Assembly (NCBI GenBank): GCA_963810095.1
Contig: CAWEMM010000006.1
Span: forward strand, 1,419,353-1,483,352
Direction of reading: 5' to 3'
Length of the DNA stretch: 64,000 nt
Source: an uncultured Chloroflexia bacterium
GTDB lineage: Bacteria > Chloroflexota > Anaerolineae > CG2-30-64-16
Shown: positions 61,743 through 64,000 of the stretch, in pieces
Position numbering within the stretch: position 1 is the first letter of the stretch
How the letters are laid out: each line of letters begins with the position of its first letter
Position numbers and translations under genes: made by a program
The notes under the pieces: generated by a model
Databases searched by the model: none
The model's input: the letters and a program-made list of their open reading frames with translations, nothing else
Told to the model about the DNA's origin: nothing

Positions 61743-63986
61743 TCAGGCGGTTTCGCTTTGCATCAAGGGCGGCGGGGGCCCGCGGGACCGGGCCAAAGCG
61801 GGAAACCGCCGCCCGTCACAGGCAGGGTGCCGGGCCCACGCAGGACGTCCGACTTGAAGCGCGGGATGATACGGTAGCCCGCGTCGGGCGTCTTCTCGCC
61901 CACGGACTGCCCCAGGACGCCCTGCCGCGGCCCACATCTGCCCGATCTGCACGTAGGGGCGGCGCCAGGGCAGGCTCTCGGGGAAGTAGATGCGGATCAG
62001 CCCGGCCCTGTCTTTCAAGACCAGGCCGCGCGTCTCGTACTTGACCACCGCACCCACGACCTGCACGAGCCTCCCCTCGTTCGCTTCTGCCAGGTCCGCC
62101 GAGGTGACCGGCTGCGGCGCGACAGCCTTGCCTTCGCCCAGCACTGTTAAGTAACCGGCATCGGGGACAGATAACTCGGTTTCTCCGTAGAAGTCGCGGG
62201 TCCAGCCCGTGACCCGCACCCGGCTGCCCGGCTTCAGCGTGGGATAGTCGCCTTTGCGCAGGTAGACCTTGATGCCCCCTGTCTCGTCCTGCAAGTAGAT
62301 CGTCTTCGCAATCAGCCCGGGCGGGAAAGTCACGGTGCCGCTGACGACGGCGCGACTGTCTACCTTCGCCGAGCGGGCCGCCGCGACGGTTTGCGGAACC
62401 GGCGGGGGCGTGGCTTGGGGCGGAGCAGGCGCCGCGGGCGCAGGAGGCGGCAGCAGGCGGTTCGGCTGGCCCGGCGTCGCCTCGCAGTCGGACGTCCACC
62501 CGCCTACGCCGTCGGTGTTCCGACAGTAACTGCGGTCTGCGCCCGGCCCATGGTCATAGGCGAAGCGGTCTGCCAACGTCCCGTCGCTCCTGGTGAGGGT
62601 CACCGAGTCGCGCCAGTCGCTCAGCGAGAGACGGGTCTGGCCGCGGAAGAACAGCATGAAGCTGTGGGGCCAGATCACGGCGCCCGCGGGAATGCGGTAG
62701 CTCGCGGCCTCATCGCCGATCTGCCAGCCCTCCAGGGGGACGGCGCTGCCCGTCGGATTATGCAACTCGATCCATTCGTCCGAGAAGTTCGCCGTGCCGT
62801 CGCGATCCCAGTCGACCGAGCGCGGGTCAGGGAGGATTTCATTCAGCTTGACCTTCAGCGCATCGGGCGGGAGCGGGGTGGGGGTCGGCGTCTGCGTGGA
62901 CGTGGGCGAGGCCGTGACGGTGCCGGTGGGAGTGCGCGTTGGCGTGACAGTGCGCGTGGGTGTGGAGGTGCGCGTGGGCGTGACGGTACGCGTGGGTGTG
63001 GAGGTGCGGGTGGGCGTCGGCGTGGCGGCGGGATCGCGGGTTGGGGTCGCGGTCGGCGTTGCGGTGGGCACGAGGGTCGTGCGCTCGCCTGGGTTGGGCG
63101 CTTGGCGGGTCCAGTCCGCCGCGCTGTCACTGTCCTGGAGGTTCCAGCGGCCTAGTGACTCGCCGGCACGCACTTTCTCGCAGGGCGGCTCGTTAATGCT
63201 CGTGTCCGAGCCGTAGCTCATGGCGTCGACGACGGTGGCGTCGGGTGCGAGGAGGCGGACCGCGTCGCCGGTGTTGCTCAGCCCGTTGCCAATGGCGCCC
63301 TCGAGGCTGACGAGCAGGCCCGAGAAGCCGGGGAAACTGGCGCGGAACGCGGCTTCTTTGGCGGCAACAACGGCATATTCGCCGGGCAGCAGGCTGAACT
63401 CGGGCAGCGCGTCCTGGCCCGTGTTGTCGCCGATGCGCCAGCCCGAGAGCAGGACCGCGTCGCCCGTGGGGTTCACGATCTCGACGAACTCCCAATCGGC
63501 ATCCGCGCCGTCTTGGATAGGGTCGTACAGCACTTCACTTAGGAGCAGCTTCGGCCAAGCCGCCGGATACGGGAGAGTTGGCGAAGGCGTCGGCGTGGCT
63601 GTGCGGGTGGAGGCGGGCGTGCGCGTGACTGTAGGCGTGCGGGTGACCGTGGGACTTGGGCCGGCCGTTCGCGTCGCAGCCGGCGTGCGGGTTGCGCTCG
63701 CGGTCCGAGTCGGAGTCCGCGTGAGGGTTGCAGTCCGCGTGATTGCGGTCCGCGTTGGGCTCGCGGTGCGGGTTGGGCTGGGGGTGCGGGTCGGCGTCGG
63801 AGTGGGCGTGCTTTCGATCGTCCCGCTCACGCCGGGATTGGGGACCGATTGCCCATACCAGTCTTCTGCCGTGCCGGTGTCCATGTCGCTGGGGATACGC
63901 GACAAGGACTCGCCGGCCGCTACCCCGGGGCACGCCGGGTCGAACGCCGTCGTATCTGAGCCATAGCTCATCGCATCTGCCAGCAC
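61743..63986 (-). CDS. large secreted protein with at least two lamin-tail (LTD) domains, Pro/Thr-rich linkers and a C-terminal OB-fold-like domain; 5'-partial (continues past the window end); C-terminal tail possibly frameshifted
   Basis: LTD motifs (LSEVLYDP...EFVEIVNPTGDAV...GWRIGD; NEILPDP...EWIELHNPTGSAVPLEGWQIGD). Runs of TPTxTxTP codons. Confidence 0.7.
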   Translation of the reverse strand: MLADAMSYGSDTTAFDPACPGVAAGESLSRIPSDMDTGTAEDWYGQSVPNPGVSGTIESTPTPTPTRTPSPTRTASPTRTAITRTATLTRTPTRTASATRTPAATRTAGPSPTVTRTPTVTRTPASTRTATPTPSPTLPYPAAWPKLLLSEVLYDPIQDGADADWEFVEIVNPTGDAVLLSGWRIGDNTGQDALPEFSLLPGEYAVVAAKEAAFRASFPGFSGLLVSLEGAIGNGLSNTGDAVRLLAPDATVVDAMSYGSDTSINEPPCEKVRAGESLGRWNLQDSDSAADWTRQAPNPGERTTLVPTATPTATPTRDPAATPTPTRTSTPTRTVTPTRTSTPTRTVTPTRTPTGTVTASPTSTQTPTPTPLPPDALKVKLNEILPDPRSVDWDRDGTANFSDEWIELHNPTGSAVPLEGWQIGDEAASYRIPAGAVIWPHSFMLFFRGQTRLSLSDWRDSVTLTRSDGTLADRFAYDHGPGADRSYCRNTDGVGGWTSDCEATPGQPNRLLPPPAPAAPAPPQATPPPVPQTVAAARSAKVDSRAVVSGTVTFPPGLIAKTIYLQDETGGIKVYLRKGDYPTLKPGSRVRVTGWTRDFYGETELSVPDAGYLTVLGEGKAVAPQPVTSADLAEANEGRLVQVVGAVVKYETRGLVLKDRAGLIRIYFPESLPWRRPYVQIGQMWAAAGRPGAVRGREDARRGLPYHPALQVGRPAWARHPACDGRRFPALARSRGPPPPLMQSETA

Positions 63987-64000
63987 GCCGTTCGGCGCCA

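Overview
This window is GC-rich (about 65-70% by eye), bacterial, and dense in Pro/Thr/Ala-rich linker proteins. The gene content is consistent with a Chloroflexi-like genome, but that is inference only. It holds roughly 45 protein-coding genes.

The genes I could recognise are:
- three paralogous large polytopic membrane proteins (YfhO/PF10131-like);
- a GNAT acetyltransferase and surE;
- a lipoprotein fused to a YhfC-like intramembrane protease, next to an ABC-2 transporter;
- a class-V aminotransferase;
- a LysM protein;
- a bacterial Elp3 homolog diverging from a SAM methyltransferase;
- YtxH;
- several proteases (PrsW-like, secreted S1, two HtrA/trypsin-like);
- a NarL-type response regulator, a metallophosphoesterase, an HDAC-like deacetylase and a fused MFS/spermidine-synthase;
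- mutM and tRNA-Leu(CAA);
- an ECF sigma factor with its anti-sigma factor;
- an SH3b lipoprotein and a cNMP-binding membrane protein that share a novel C-terminal domain;
- acyl-CoA dehydrogenase, penicillin amidase, UbiB kinase, a TupBC-like ABC pair, tyrA and an M50 protease.

The most notable observation is two adjacent ORFs each interrupted by one in-frame TGA. One is a canonical SelW-like protein with a CxxU motif. The other resembles the PrdB/GrdB selenoprotein family. Both have hairpins just after the TGA, so both look like selenocysteine-encoding genes.

A composite GC-rich palindromic repeat family, about 300 bp per unit, recurs at least five times at gene 3' ends. One copy carries an IS481-family insertion with a CCCCG target-site duplication, and that IS481 itself contains a nested IS1182-family element.

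The block from 49.1 to 58.4 kb is a string of gene remnants. Frameshifts there are about ten times denser than elsewhere, which still shows a scatter of single frameshifts, mostly in G/C runs. I cannot tell from sequence alone whether these are assembly indels or real pseudogenisation.

I also found strong sigma70-like promoters, two of which predict leaderless mRNAs, several bidirectional terminator hairpins and a triple palindromic operator.
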